Positions 1 through 8,540 of a stretch of DNA of 64,000 nt are shown in pieces. The notes beneath the pieces were generated by a model. It was not told where the DNA came from, did no database searches, and saw only the letters and a list, made by a program, of their open reading frames with translations. This stretch comes from a bacterium (lineage in GTDB: Bacteria > Bacteroidota > Ignavibacteria > Kapaibacteriales > UBA2268). The position numbers were made by a program, and so were the translations under genes. The stretch's first letter is position 1. Every line of letters begins with the position of its first letter. Location of the stretch: the NCBI GenBank assembly GCA_030431515.1, contig JAUIIX010000001.1, positions 67,008 through 131,007 on the forward strand. Reading direction: 5' to 3'.

Positions 1-23
1 ATTGTTCTTATATAGTTTGGCAT
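1..23 (-). CDS. Probable 5' end of an unidentified gene running off the left edge (about 7 codons visible, MPNYIRT...)
   Basis: An ATG on the minus strand at 23..21 is preceded by GGAGG (revcomp of CCTCC at 29-33) with a 5-nt spacer. Too short to identify. Confidence 0.3.
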
Positions 24-277
24 AAAGACCTCCTTTTATATTTGGAGTTAAACAAATTACTTGCTGAGAGGTGCCTCACTTCCAACAAGCATTAAAATGA
101 CATTTTTAACATTTAATAATTTATTTTGTAGAACATTAAATTCAAATTAAATAATTATTTTAAAAAAACAAAATAAAAATTTCTATCTAAAAAAAACCTA
201 AAATTGAATATCTCAAAAATTATTCTTAATTTACGTAAATTGAATTAACAAAATATCAAATTAATTTTAGGTAGATT

Positions 278-805
278 ATGTCAAAAATGTTTCAACCCCT
301 AAATTTCAAAAAATGGATAGATGAAAATAGACATTTATTAAAGCCACCAGTTGGAAATAAAGAAGTTTATGAAGAAGGTGAATTTATAATAATGGTTGTT
401 GGCGGACCTAACTCAAGAAAAGATTATCACTATAATGAAACTCCTGAATTCTTCTATCAATTAGAAGGTGATATGATTTTGAAAATCAAAGATGGTGATG
501 AGTTTAAAGATATTCATATAAATGAAGGTGACATATATTTATTACCAGCAAAAGTTCCACATTCACCTCAAAGATTTTCAAATACTATTGGCTTAGTAGT
601 AGAACAGAAAAGAGAAGCACACCATGTAGATGCTCTTGAATGGTATTGTGAAAAATGTGGAAATTTATTATATAGAGATACTTTTAATGTGTCTAATATT
701 GTAACAGAATTACCACCATTGATGAATAAGTTTATGGGTGATGAAGATTTAAGAACATGCAAGAAATGTTCGGCTATTATGGAAGTACCTACACCAAATA
801 AATAA
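278..805 (+). CDS. nbaC: 3-hydroxyanthranilate 3,4-dioxygenase (kynurenine pathway, de novo NAD synthesis)
   Basis: Strong motif match to the HAAO cupin family: KKWIDENRHLLKPPVGN, GGPNSRKDYH, PEFFYQLEGDM, LLPAKVPHSPQRF, GLVVE. Two C-terminal CxxC pairs (CEKC, CKKC) are typical of bacterial enzymes. Confidence 0.9.
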   Translation: MSKMFQPLNFKKWIDENRHLLKPPVGNKEVYEEGEFIIMVVGGPNSRKDYHYNETPEFFYQLEGDMILKIKDGDEFKDIHINEGDIYLLPAKVPHSPQRFSNTIGLVVEQKREAHHVDALEWYCEKCGNLLYRDTFNVSNIVTELPPLMNKFMGDEDLRTCKKCSAIMEVPTPNK

Positions 806-814
806 TTTAAAGTT

Positions 815-3136
815 ATGCTTATATTTTTGTTTTTTTTATTTTCAACTCTTAATTCGTCACAAATTTACATTAATGAAATCGTTAGTGATAATGATAATAT
901 AATATTAGATTTTCAAAATGATAGTCCTGACTGGATTGAACTCTATAATCCGAATGATTTTGATGTTAACTTGTATGATTATTCTCTTTCAGATGATAAA
1001 TATAATCCAATTGTATGGACTTTCCCCAATATCGAAATCAAAGCAAAATCATTTTTAGTAATATTTTGTTCTGGTAAAGATACAATAGTTGGAAATGAAG
1101 TTCATACTAATTTTAGTATTAGTTCAGAAGGAGAGGAATTATTTTTATACGACAACAATCCTGATATTGTTAAAAGAAAAAAATTAGATTTTATAGAAAT
1201 TCCAGCACTTAGAGAAAACAAAGCTTATGGTAAATTACCTGATGGCGATGGAAAATTAAGCTATTTAAGTACTTACAGTCCTGGTGAAACGAATATTTAT
1301 TCAGACGAGATAACTTGCAGCTATGAATCGGGTTTTTACAAAGATAGTATAATCGTTGAGTTAAAAAGCACAATGGGATATGAAATCCGATACACTTTAG
1401 ATGGAAGTGACCCAGATGAAAACTCACCAATCTATACTAAGCCAATTACCTTATATAATTCGAGTGATAAGCCGAATAAATATTGTGAGATAATAACAAC
1501 TCCAGCGAAAGGACTTATTGGTTATAAAGAGTTTCAAAGCCCTAAATATAATTTAGATAAAATGCATATTTTAAAATATGTTTCTAATAAAAATCAAAAA
1601 ACAAGAGATGTTGTTTATTTTAAAAATTTTTATGTTGATAAAAATGAATTCGAAACAAATATGCCAATCATTTCATTAAATGCTGACTCCTTGGATTTGT
1701 TCAGTTATGAAAGAGGAATATATGTACCAGGTGAAAAATATGACTCTTTAAACCCTGCATGGAGTGGTAATTATTTTCATTATGGTAGAAATTTTGAAAC
1801 TAAATCTAACTTTATTCTTTTCAATAATTCTAAAAAGTTTATGTATAATCAAAATATTACAATTCAGATACATGGAGGAGGTACAAGAACTGCTGCACAA
1901 AAATCAATTAGAATAATTGGTAGAAATATGAATTGTGGTGATGAAATAGAGATAAATTTATTAGACAAAGAAATCTCTGTCTTTAAAAAGTTAAATTTAA
2001 AAACTACTATGGGTGTATGGACGTGGAGTAATTTAGTGCAGAATGAACTTACTTCATTAATTGCAGAAGGATTAAATGTAGAAAGATTAGGTTTTCAACC
2101 AGTTATTGTATTTTTAAATGGTGAATATTGGGGGATTCATAATTTAACAGAACATAATAATAAAGATTACTTTGCAAATTATCATAAAGAACCAAAAGAC
2201 TCTATTGATATTATTTACCATGGGCATATGCCAGCCGTGTTTGGGAGCGAAATAGATTTTAAAGAATTAATTAGTTTTATAAAAAATAATTCTTTAGATA
2301 TAGATAGTAATTATGATCATGTGAAAGAGGAAATTGACATTAACTCTTTTATCGATTATTTTTTAATTGAAATATTTGTAGGTAATTATGATTGGCCAAA
2401 TGGAAATATAAAAGCTTGGAGACCAAGAGGAGCAAATTATAAATGGAGATGGTTGCTTTTTGACGTAGATTTTGCATTTAATTTTAATAATCCTACTTAT
2501 AATATGTTTACTCATTTAAGCCAGGATCAACATTCAAGCTGGCCTAATCCAAAAGAAAGTACTTTCCTGTTTCGAAGTTTATTTAAAAGTAATGAATTTA
2601 AAGAACAATTCGACGAACGATTTCGATATTTAATAAATAATAATTTTGAATTTAATTTTACTTCAAAATTATATTTAGAATTAGTAAAGCATTATATCCT
2701 TGAAATGCATCGACATTATGAGAGGTGGGAATACCCTGAAAACTTTGATGAAAACTGGCAACATTATTCGGATTCACTTATGCTGGATTTTCTTTTAAAG
2801 AGGCCAGATATAATTAAAGAACATTATGATAATTTTAAAAATTTATTGTCTTATGATTTAGATGAATGTTATGGTAACCAATGTGATGATAATGGTATAA
2901 CTATTTATCCAAATCCAAGCATTGGTAAAATAAATATTAAGAGCATTGATAAATATAGGAACTCTAATATAACTGTTTATAACCATGTAGGTAAAGTAGT
3001 TTACAATTTAGATGATTTATTTGTGGAAGAAGGTAAACAATTAGATTTATCATTATTAGTCAATGGTGTATATTTTATCAGATTTAAAAATCAATTTGGT
3101 CAATATACTTTTGAAAGAATTGTGATTAATAGATAA
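815..3136 (+). CDS. Secreted CotH-family protein with an N-terminal lamin-tail-like domain and a T9SS C-terminal sorting domain
   Basis: Has a signal-like N-terminus. LTD-like motif: IYINEI...PDWIELYN...LSDD. CotH-like blocks: IHGGGTRTAAQKSIRI, EYWGIHNLTE, FIDYFLIEIFVGNYDWPNGNIKAWR. Por_Secre_tail-like end: IYPNPSIGKINIK...GVYFIRF. Confidence 0.8.
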   Translation: MLIFLFFLFSTLNSSQIYINEIVSDNDNIILDFQNDSPDWIELYNPNDFDVNLYDYSLSDDKYNPIVWTFPNIEIKAKSFLVIFCSGKDTIVGNEVHTNFSISSEGEELFLYDNNPDIVKRKKLDFIEIPALRENKAYGKLPDGDGKLSYLSTYSPGETNIYSDEITCSYESGFYKDSIIVELKSTMGYEIRYTLDGSDPDENSPIYTKPITLYNSSDKPNKYCEIITTPAKGLIGYKEFQSPKYNLDKMHILKYVSNKNQKTRDVVYFKNFYVDKNEFETNMPIISLNADSLDLFSYERGIYVPGEKYDSLNPAWSGNYFHYGRNFETKSNFILFNNSKKFMYNQNITIQIHGGGTRTAAQKSIRIIGRNMNCGDEIEINLLDKEISVFKKLNLKTTMGVWTWSNLVQNELTSLIAEGLNVERLGFQPVIVFLNGEYWGIHNLTEHNNKDYFANYHKEPKDSIDIIYHGHMPAVFGSEIDFKELISFIKNNSLDIDSNYDHVKEEIDINSFIDYFLIEIFVGNYDWPNGNIKAWRPRGANYKWRWLLFDVDFAFNFNNPTYNMFTHLSQDQHSSWPNPKESTFLFRSLFKSNEFKEQFDERFRYLINNNFEFNFTSKLYLELVKHYILEMHRHYERWEYPENFDENWQHYSDSLMLDFLLKRPDIIKEHYDNFKNLLSYDLDECYGNQCDDNGITIYPNPSIGKINIKSIDKYRNSNITVYNHVGKVVYNLDDLFVEEGKQLDLSLLVNGVYFIRFKNQFGQYTFERIVINR

Positions 3137-3139
3137 AAT

Positions 3140-3550
3140 ATGAAGAAAATAATAATAAAATATTATTCTAAAATTAATTATACCCTTTTTATAGTAACAT
3201 TAATCTTTGCAATTATCCCTCTTATTTTTAATTTATCACATTTAGTGGAATACAATCTTTATCAAATAATGATTTTATCATTTTTGCTAACAGAAATATG
3301 TGATATAGTAGTTTCAGATGATACTATTAATTTGACTATACTAAAACTAAATTATTATTCTAAAATAATAACACCGGTCGTTTTTCTTTATAATTTTATA
3401 TTGCTATATATATTAAATACAAGCACTTATTTTTCATTTAATTTTTATGATTATTCTTCCTATTTTTCAATGGCGATAGCATTTATCCCAAATATTATTC
3501 GAGTTAGAAAGGATAAATATTATTTGTATCGATTGTTAAACAAGAAGTAA
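3140..3550 (+). CDS. Small multi-pass membrane protein of unknown function
   Basis: The ORF starts 4 nt after the CotH stop. It has about four hydrophobic segments. No recognisable motif. Confidence 0.5.
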   Translation: MKKIIIKYYSKINYTLFIVTLIFAIIPLIFNLSHLVEYNLYQIMILSFLLTEICDIVVSDDTINLTILKLNYYSKIITPVVFLYNFILLYILNTSTYFSFNFYDYSSYFSMAIAFIPNIIRVRKDKYYLYRLLNKK

Positions 3551-3613
3551 TACAATTTGATTTACTTTTGTTTAATATTTTTTATTAAATTTGCAATATA
3601 AAATGAGGTAACA

Positions 3614-5509
3614 ATGAAAATTATATTACTATTATTATTTGTTTTAAGTTTTTCAGTTTTAAAATCACAAGATGAGCCAGATCAAAATCTATTATTTTAC
3701 TCACCGACAGAAGAAAATCTTGGTGACTATATTAATATAATATATGACTATGCTCCATCTGAAGATGCCTATATTGCACTCATTAGACTTATTGAACCCA
3801 GATTAAACGAAAAGGATTGGCAAGGTGCTGTTAATATATTAAACTCATATCTTGAATACTTCCCAAATAAAAAAGCTGACATTGAATCAATAATAGAGAT
3901 AATTAACCGAAAACATGAAAATCTAATGGAGTTAAATGTTGGTTCTGGTGTGAACTCAAAATCAAGTGAGATTGCTCCTATCCAAACTGCTGATGAAAAA
4001 ACAATTTACTTTACATCAACTAAAAGAGATGGTTTCGATAATGAAACCGATGATATATTCTTCTCAAAAAGAATCAATGATTCTTGGACTCCTGCTCAAA
4101 AATTAGAAGCCCCATTTAATAGTCCAGATACGGAAGAATCTCCTCAAGGAGTTACAACTGATGGTAACACAATGACTTTATTTGGTAATTACAAAGAGAC
4201 ACCTGGTGGTGGTGATTTGTATTATGCAAATAAAACTCCTTATGGTTGGTCAGAAGCTATTCAATTTCCACTTGGAATTAATACCGAATATTTTGAATGT
4301 GATGGGAAATTAACAAATGATGGAAAAGCCTTTATCTTTGTATCTGATAGACCCGGTGGGATAGGTGAATTTGTCAAATTTAATACTCTAAAAAGAGGGT
4401 CATATTTTGGGAATACAGATATTTATGTATCATTAAAAACTGCTGATGGTTGGAGTCCACCAATTAACTTGGGAGAGATTATAAATACTCCTGGTGCCGA
4501 AAGAAAACCTTTTCTTCATCCAGATGGAAAAACTTTATATTTTAGTTCAAATGGTCACCCAGGATTAGGTAGATTAGATTTATATATGTCTAAAAGATTA
4601 GACCCTAACGACTGGACTAAATGGTCAAAGCCAATTAATTTAGGAAAGGAGATAAATACACCGAGTAATGAAAGAGGTGCTATTGTTAATACTGATGGTG
4701 GTTTAGCTTATTTTGCATCTGCTGATAGAAGATTAAACTTTGGCTCATCTGATATATATACAATGGATATGCCAGAGGCATTAAGACCAGAGCCAATTAC
4801 TTCTGTTTTTGGAACAATTACAAATACTGAGGGCTTCCCTTTAGAAGCAGAAATAGTTTGGGAAGATTTAGAAACTGGTGAAGAACTTGGTAGAATGAAG
4901 TCTGACCCAATGACAGGTGAGTATTTCATAGTTATCCCACATGGTATTAATTATGGCTTATATGCAAATAGGGAAGGATATTTCCCATTATCAAAAAGCA
5001 TCGATACTCGTCAAATTAAAAAATCTCAAAAGTTAAACGAAGATATTGTACTACATTCTCTTTCGGATTTACTTGGAGACGATTTAGAAATGGGTGGAGC
5101 AACTGATTTACTTTATGACAATTTTGATTTAAAAAGAAGAAAGAAAATTGCTATCAATAATTTATTCTTTGAATATAATAAATCAGATTTATTAAAAAGT
5201 TCATTCCCAGAACTAGATAGAGTTGTGTATTTATTAAAGAATTATCCTATACATCTTGTCGAAATAGCAGGACATACTGATAGTATTGGAGCTGTTGACT
5301 ATAATATGCGATTATCTGAAAAAAGGTCTGATGCAGTTAAGCAATATTTCCTAAGTAAAGGAATAGACCCGAAAAAGGTTGTAATAAAAGGATATGGACC
5401 TACTGACCCAATTGCAGACAATTCAGATGAAGAAGGTAGAGCAAAAAATAGAAGGGTTGAGTTAGTTATTTTAAAATCAGGTAGAGAAGTTGACCCTGAA
5501 AAAAAATAA
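3614..5509 (+). CDS. OmpA-family protein with TolB-like (PD40) beta-propeller repeats
   Basis: Has a signal peptide. Repeated S.E..P..T.DG.T.YF.S.R.GG.G..D.Y motifs. C-terminal OmpA_C block: FEYNKSDL...HTDSIGAVDYNMRLSEKRSDAV...NRRVELVI. Confidence 0.85.
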   Translation: MKIILLLLFVLSFSVLKSQDEPDQNLLFYSPTEENLGDYINIIYDYAPSEDAYIALIRLIEPRLNEKDWQGAVNILNSYLEYFPNKKADIESIIEIINRKHENLMELNVGSGVNSKSSEIAPIQTADEKTIYFTSTKRDGFDNETDDIFFSKRINDSWTPAQKLEAPFNSPDTEESPQGVTTDGNTMTLFGNYKETPGGGDLYYANKTPYGWSEAIQFPLGINTEYFECDGKLTNDGKAFIFVSDRPGGIGEFVKFNTLKRGSYFGNTDIYVSLKTADGWSPPINLGEIINTPGAERKPFLHPDGKTLYFSSNGHPGLGRLDLYMSKRLDPNDWTKWSKPINLGKEINTPSNERGAIVNTDGGLAYFASADRRLNFGSSDIYTMDMPEALRPEPITSVFGTITNTEGFPLEAEIVWEDLETGEELGRMKSDPMTGEYFIVIPHGINYGLYANREGYFPLSKSIDTRQIKKSQKLNEDIVLHSLSDLLGDDLEMGGATDLLYDNFDLKRRKKIAINNLFFEYNKSDLLKSSFPELDRVVYLLKNYPIHLVEIAGHTDSIGAVDYNMRLSEKRSDAVKQYFLSKGIDPKKVVIKGYGPTDPIADNSDEEGRAKNRRVELVILKSGREVDPEKK

Positions 5510-5596
5510 AATGAATTGAAATTTAGGAAATATTTCTTAAATTGAATTTTTAAATATTGAAAAACAAATTATTAATTTTTTAAAAATGGAGATAGT

Positions 5597-6154
5597 ATGG
5601 AATTAAAACACAGATTATTAGATCATCCTTTTTACCAATCTTGGACAAAAGGTGAAATCACTTTAGATCAATTAGCTAAATATCATTCTTCTTATAATGA
5701 GTTTATCGAATTGATGCCTAAATACTGGCAAAAAATCATTACTTCTTTCAACGAAGAAAGTAACTTTGCAAAAAGTGTAGTTGATGATGAAACTGCTCAT
5801 ATTGCTTTATGGCAAACATGGAAAGATAAATTACCTAAAACTGATTCTTTCCCTAGAATGAGTGATGTAATTAACGAACTTGATTCAATGTCAAATAGTG
5901 AATTACTTGGTGCTATTCATGCTTTTGAAATGCAACAACCAGAAGTAGCTGAAACTAAAAAAGAAGGTTTGATGTGCCACTATGGTTACGAAGCTGCTGA
6001 ATTAAAATACTTTGATGAGCACATGGATGAAGAAGCACACATTGCTTTCGGAAGACAAATTGCTAAACGTCACGCAAATGAAACTGAATTCAATAATGGA
6101 TTTAATAGAGGTGCAGAATTATTTTACAATGCACTTGATAAATACTTGAATTAA
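5597..6154 (+). CDS. CADD/CT610-like heme-oxygenase-like di-metal oxygenase (putative 4-aminobenzoate synthase)
   Basis: It aligns by eye along its whole length with C. trachomatis CT610 as I recall it: HPFYQSWTKGEITLDQLAKY vs HTFYVKWSKGELTKEQLQAY, with ExxH motifs DETAH and DEEAH and a central FEMQ glutamate. Confidence 0.7.
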   Translation: MELKHRLLDHPFYQSWTKGEITLDQLAKYHSSYNEFIELMPKYWQKIITSFNEESNFAKSVVDDETAHIALWQTWKDKLPKTDSFPRMSDVINELDSMSNSELLGAIHAFEMQQPEVAETKKEGLMCHYGYEAAELKYFDEHMDEEAHIAFGRQIAKRHANETEFNNGFNRGAELFYNALDKYLN

Positions 6155-6180
6155 TAAACTTTAAGTTATTATACTAAATG

Positions 6181-6208
6181 AAAAAGGGGCTTCATGCCCC
6201 TTTTTTTT
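6181..6208. terminator. Bidirectional intrinsic terminator between convergent genes
   Basis: AAAAA-GGGGC-TTCAT-GCCCC-TTTTTTTT. A GC stem is flanked by an A-run and a T-run. Confidence 0.7.
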
Positions 6209-6236
6209 ATATCTAAAATTCTTAGTTTAAATAATC

Positions 6237-7076
6237 CTACTTCTTATTTTTCTCTTGTGCTTCTGCAGCTTCTCTTCTTGCATCTTCTAATTTCTTTGTT
6301 TTAGAGATTTCCATTTTTTTAGTGCTTATAATCAATCTTGTTGTTAGTTCTGTTGAGTAAATAAAATGTTCTGTCCATTGGGCTAACTCACCATATAGGA
6401 AGGTGATAGCAATGTCAGACGGCGTTGGTAAAAATCCTACCTCTTCAGTATGTGTGTGGTAAGATTTATTATTTAGAGAATCTTTTGCATAAGCGATTGG
6501 TATTATACTTTGGTGAATATCTTTCACTGATTTTACTTCTAAATCATCAGTAAATTCAACTACATAATCATTGCCATAAATTACCTGTCCTAAAAACTGA
6601 GGAGCAGAAAGGATATAACATTTCGTTTTACCCATAAATTCAATAGGGACAAAATTCATTCCAGTATTTTCATAATATTTTATTATGGTATCATGTTGCT
6701 GATATTTAGCAAGTGATTGTTTTATATTATAATATCTTGCTTCAATATTGTTAAATTTCCTCTTTTTAAAAGAAATATTATCTTTATTAGCTTTAAAAGT
6801 AGAATCAAAATGAGTTTCTGCTACAACTTCTTGTTCCTTATTATAAAAGATAAAGTGAGTATTGTCATCTTTTGGATAAGATAAATAACCACCTAAATTA
6901 GCAGTTTCTTTATTTAGTTCTAATAATTTTATTAATATTTCATTACCAACCCAAGAAGCTTTTGCATTTTTATAAATCAAAATACCTTCTTTGAAAACAC
7001 TGTCAATATTAATAATTTGTTCAGATTTAGCATTAAAGCTAATAAAAAATAGTGTGATGATTAAAATATATTTCAT
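6237..7076 (-). CDS. Secreted protein of unknown function
   Basis: A long ORF with an N-terminal signal peptide (MKYILIITLFFISFNAKS) and a charged C-terminal tail. No recognisable motif. Confidence 0.6.
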   Translation of the reverse strand: MKYILIITLFFISFNAKSEQIINIDSVFKEGILIYKNAKASWVGNEILIKLLELNKETANLGGYLSYPKDDNTHFIFYNKEQEVVAETHFDSTFKANKDNISFKKRKFNNIEARYYNIKQSLAKYQQHDTIIKYYENTGMNFVPIEFMGKTKCYILSAPQFLGQVIYGNDYVVEFTDDLEVKSVKDIHQSIIPIAYAKDSLNNKSYHTHTEEVGFLPTPSDIAITFLYGELAQWTEHFIYSTELTTRLIISTKKMEISKTKKLEDARREAAEAQEKNKK

Positions 7077-7287
7077 AGTTTTATTATGTTTTTGGATTAA
7101 AATTTATACTAAATTACGAATAAATATTTTTAATTCAAATTTAACTAATTTAAGATAATCTGAATTAGAATAAGTCTATCAAATTAATTGTTTTTATCAA
7201 GCAATTAATATTCTTTCAAATAATTGATAATATATCAACGTCTATACGACTGAATTGTTACTAATAGATAATTATTTAAGGAAATAA

Positions 7288-7965
7288 ATGGAAAGACCAT
7301 TTAACGAAGAAATTGAATTAGATGTTTTTGATGACCACCAAGTTTACTCATTAGAAACCCCACTTAAAGATGATGCTTTTGAATTATGTGATACAGAAAA
7401 AATTGCAAGAATTGAATTAAAATTTAAAGAGATAATGGAAACTTTGGGACTGGACTTAAGTGATGATAGTCTTAGAGCTACTCCCAATCGTGTTGCTAAA
7501 ATGTATGTAAAAGAACTGTTTGGTGGATTAAATCCAGATAAAAAACCAAAAGTCTCAAACTTTGAAAATAAGTATAAATATGGGGAGATGTTAGTTGAAA
7601 AAAATATAACATTATATTCAACTTGTGAGCATCATTTTTTACCGATTGTTGGTAAAGCTCATATCGCATATATATCTTCAGGTCAAGTAGTTGGTTTATC
7701 TAAATTAAATAGAATTGTTGATTACTATGCTCGTCGTCCGCAAGTCCAAGAAAGATTGACAATGCAGATTGTGAATGAGTTAAAATCTGCAATGAACACT
7801 GAAAATGTTGCTTGTTTGATAGATGCGAAGCACTTATGTGTGAACTCAAGAGGAATAAGAGATATTAGATCTTCTACAGTAACTGCTGAATACTCTGGTC
7901 TATTCAAAGAAGCAAAGTATAAAAATGAATTTTTACATCACATTCAAGGCGAGATATACTTATGA
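7288..7965 (+). CDS. folE: GTP cyclohydrolase I
   Basis: Motifs TPNRVAKMY, CEHHFLPIVGKAHIAYI, GLSKLNRIVDYYARRPQVQERLT and HLCVNSRG. Confidence 0.92.
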   Translation: MERPFNEEIELDVFDDHQVYSLETPLKDDAFELCDTEKIARIELKFKEIMETLGLDLSDDSLRATPNRVAKMYVKELFGGLNPDKKPKVSNFENKYKYGEMLVEKNITLYSTCEHHFLPIVGKAHIAYISSGQVVGLSKLNRIVDYYARRPQVQERLTMQIVNELKSAMNTENVACLIDAKHLCVNSRGIRDIRSSTVTAEYSGLFKEAKYKNEFLHHIQGEIYL

Positions 7966-8402
7966 GAATAGCAATTGGAAATGACCACGCTGGTGTAAAT
8001 GAAAAGAATGATATAGAAGAATATCTAAATGGTTTAGGGCATATTGTTACTAATTTTGGCACAGATAAAAGTGATTCAGTCGATTATCCAGATTATGCTG
8101 TTTTAGTAGCTAAAAGTGTTTCTACTGGAGATAATGATTTAGGAATTATTATTTGCGGTTCTGGTATCGGAGTGTCAATTGCTGCTAATAAAGTCAGAGG
8201 TGTTAGAGCTGCTTTATGTTACAATGAAGAAACAGCGATCTTAGCACGACAACATAACAATGCAAATGTAATGACCTATGGTGCTAGGTTTATTGATCTT
8301 GCAACTGCTAAGAAAATGATTCATAATTTTATAAATACTGAATTTGAAGGTGGTCGCCATCAAAATAGAGTTAGTAAAATCCATAGTCTTACCAATTGCT
8401 AA
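7962..8402 (+). CDS. rpiB: Ribose-5-phosphate isomerase B
   Basis: Motifs MRIAIGNDHAG, GIIICGSGIGVSIAANK, RAALC and ARQHNNANV. It overlaps folE by 4 nt. Confidence 0.9.
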   Translation: MRIAIGNDHAGVNEKNDIEEYLNGLGHIVTNFGTDKSDSVDYPDYAVLVAKSVSTGDNDLGIIICGSGIGVSIAANKVRGVRAALCYNEETAILARQHNNANVMTYGARFIDLATAKKMIHNFINTEFEGGRHQNRVSKIHSLTNC

Positions 8403-8430
8403 AAATCACTTTATATAGATTTTAAATTAA

Positions 8431-8457
8431 AGAGAACTTTGGTTCTCTTTTTTTTTT
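8431..8457 (+). terminator. Intrinsic terminator after rpiB
   Basis: AGAGAAC-TTTG-GTTCTCT followed by T9. Confidence 0.7.
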
Positions 8458-8484
8458 GATTTTAAATAAGAATAATTTTAGGAA

Positions 8485-8508
8485 AAAGTTAATGTATTCA
8501 TTAACTTT
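8485..8508. promoter_or_regulatory. Perfect 24-bp palindrome upstream of the methyltransferase gene (candidate operator)
   Basis: AAAGTTAATG-TATT-CATTAACTTT has 10-bp perfect arms and ends 33 bp before the ATG at 8541. Confidence 0.35.
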
Positions 8509-8540
8509 GTAATTATTAAAAAGAAATAATAAACTCTAAA

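Noticed and set aside
5520-5543. An imperfect 24-bp palindrome, AATTTAGGAAATATTTCTTAAATT, upstream of the CADD-like gene, as a possible operator
   Set aside because: It has two mismatches and is entirely AT-rich. Palindromes of this quality are expected by chance in DNA of this composition, and no regulator gene is adjacent.
7077-7287. Possible riboswitch (THF, preQ1 or folE-type) in the 210-bp leader of folE-rpiB
   Set aside because: The region is almost pure A/T, with only short AT palindromes such as TTGATA-ATA-TATCAA at 7224-7238. I could find no GC-supported helices or known riboswitch core sequences.
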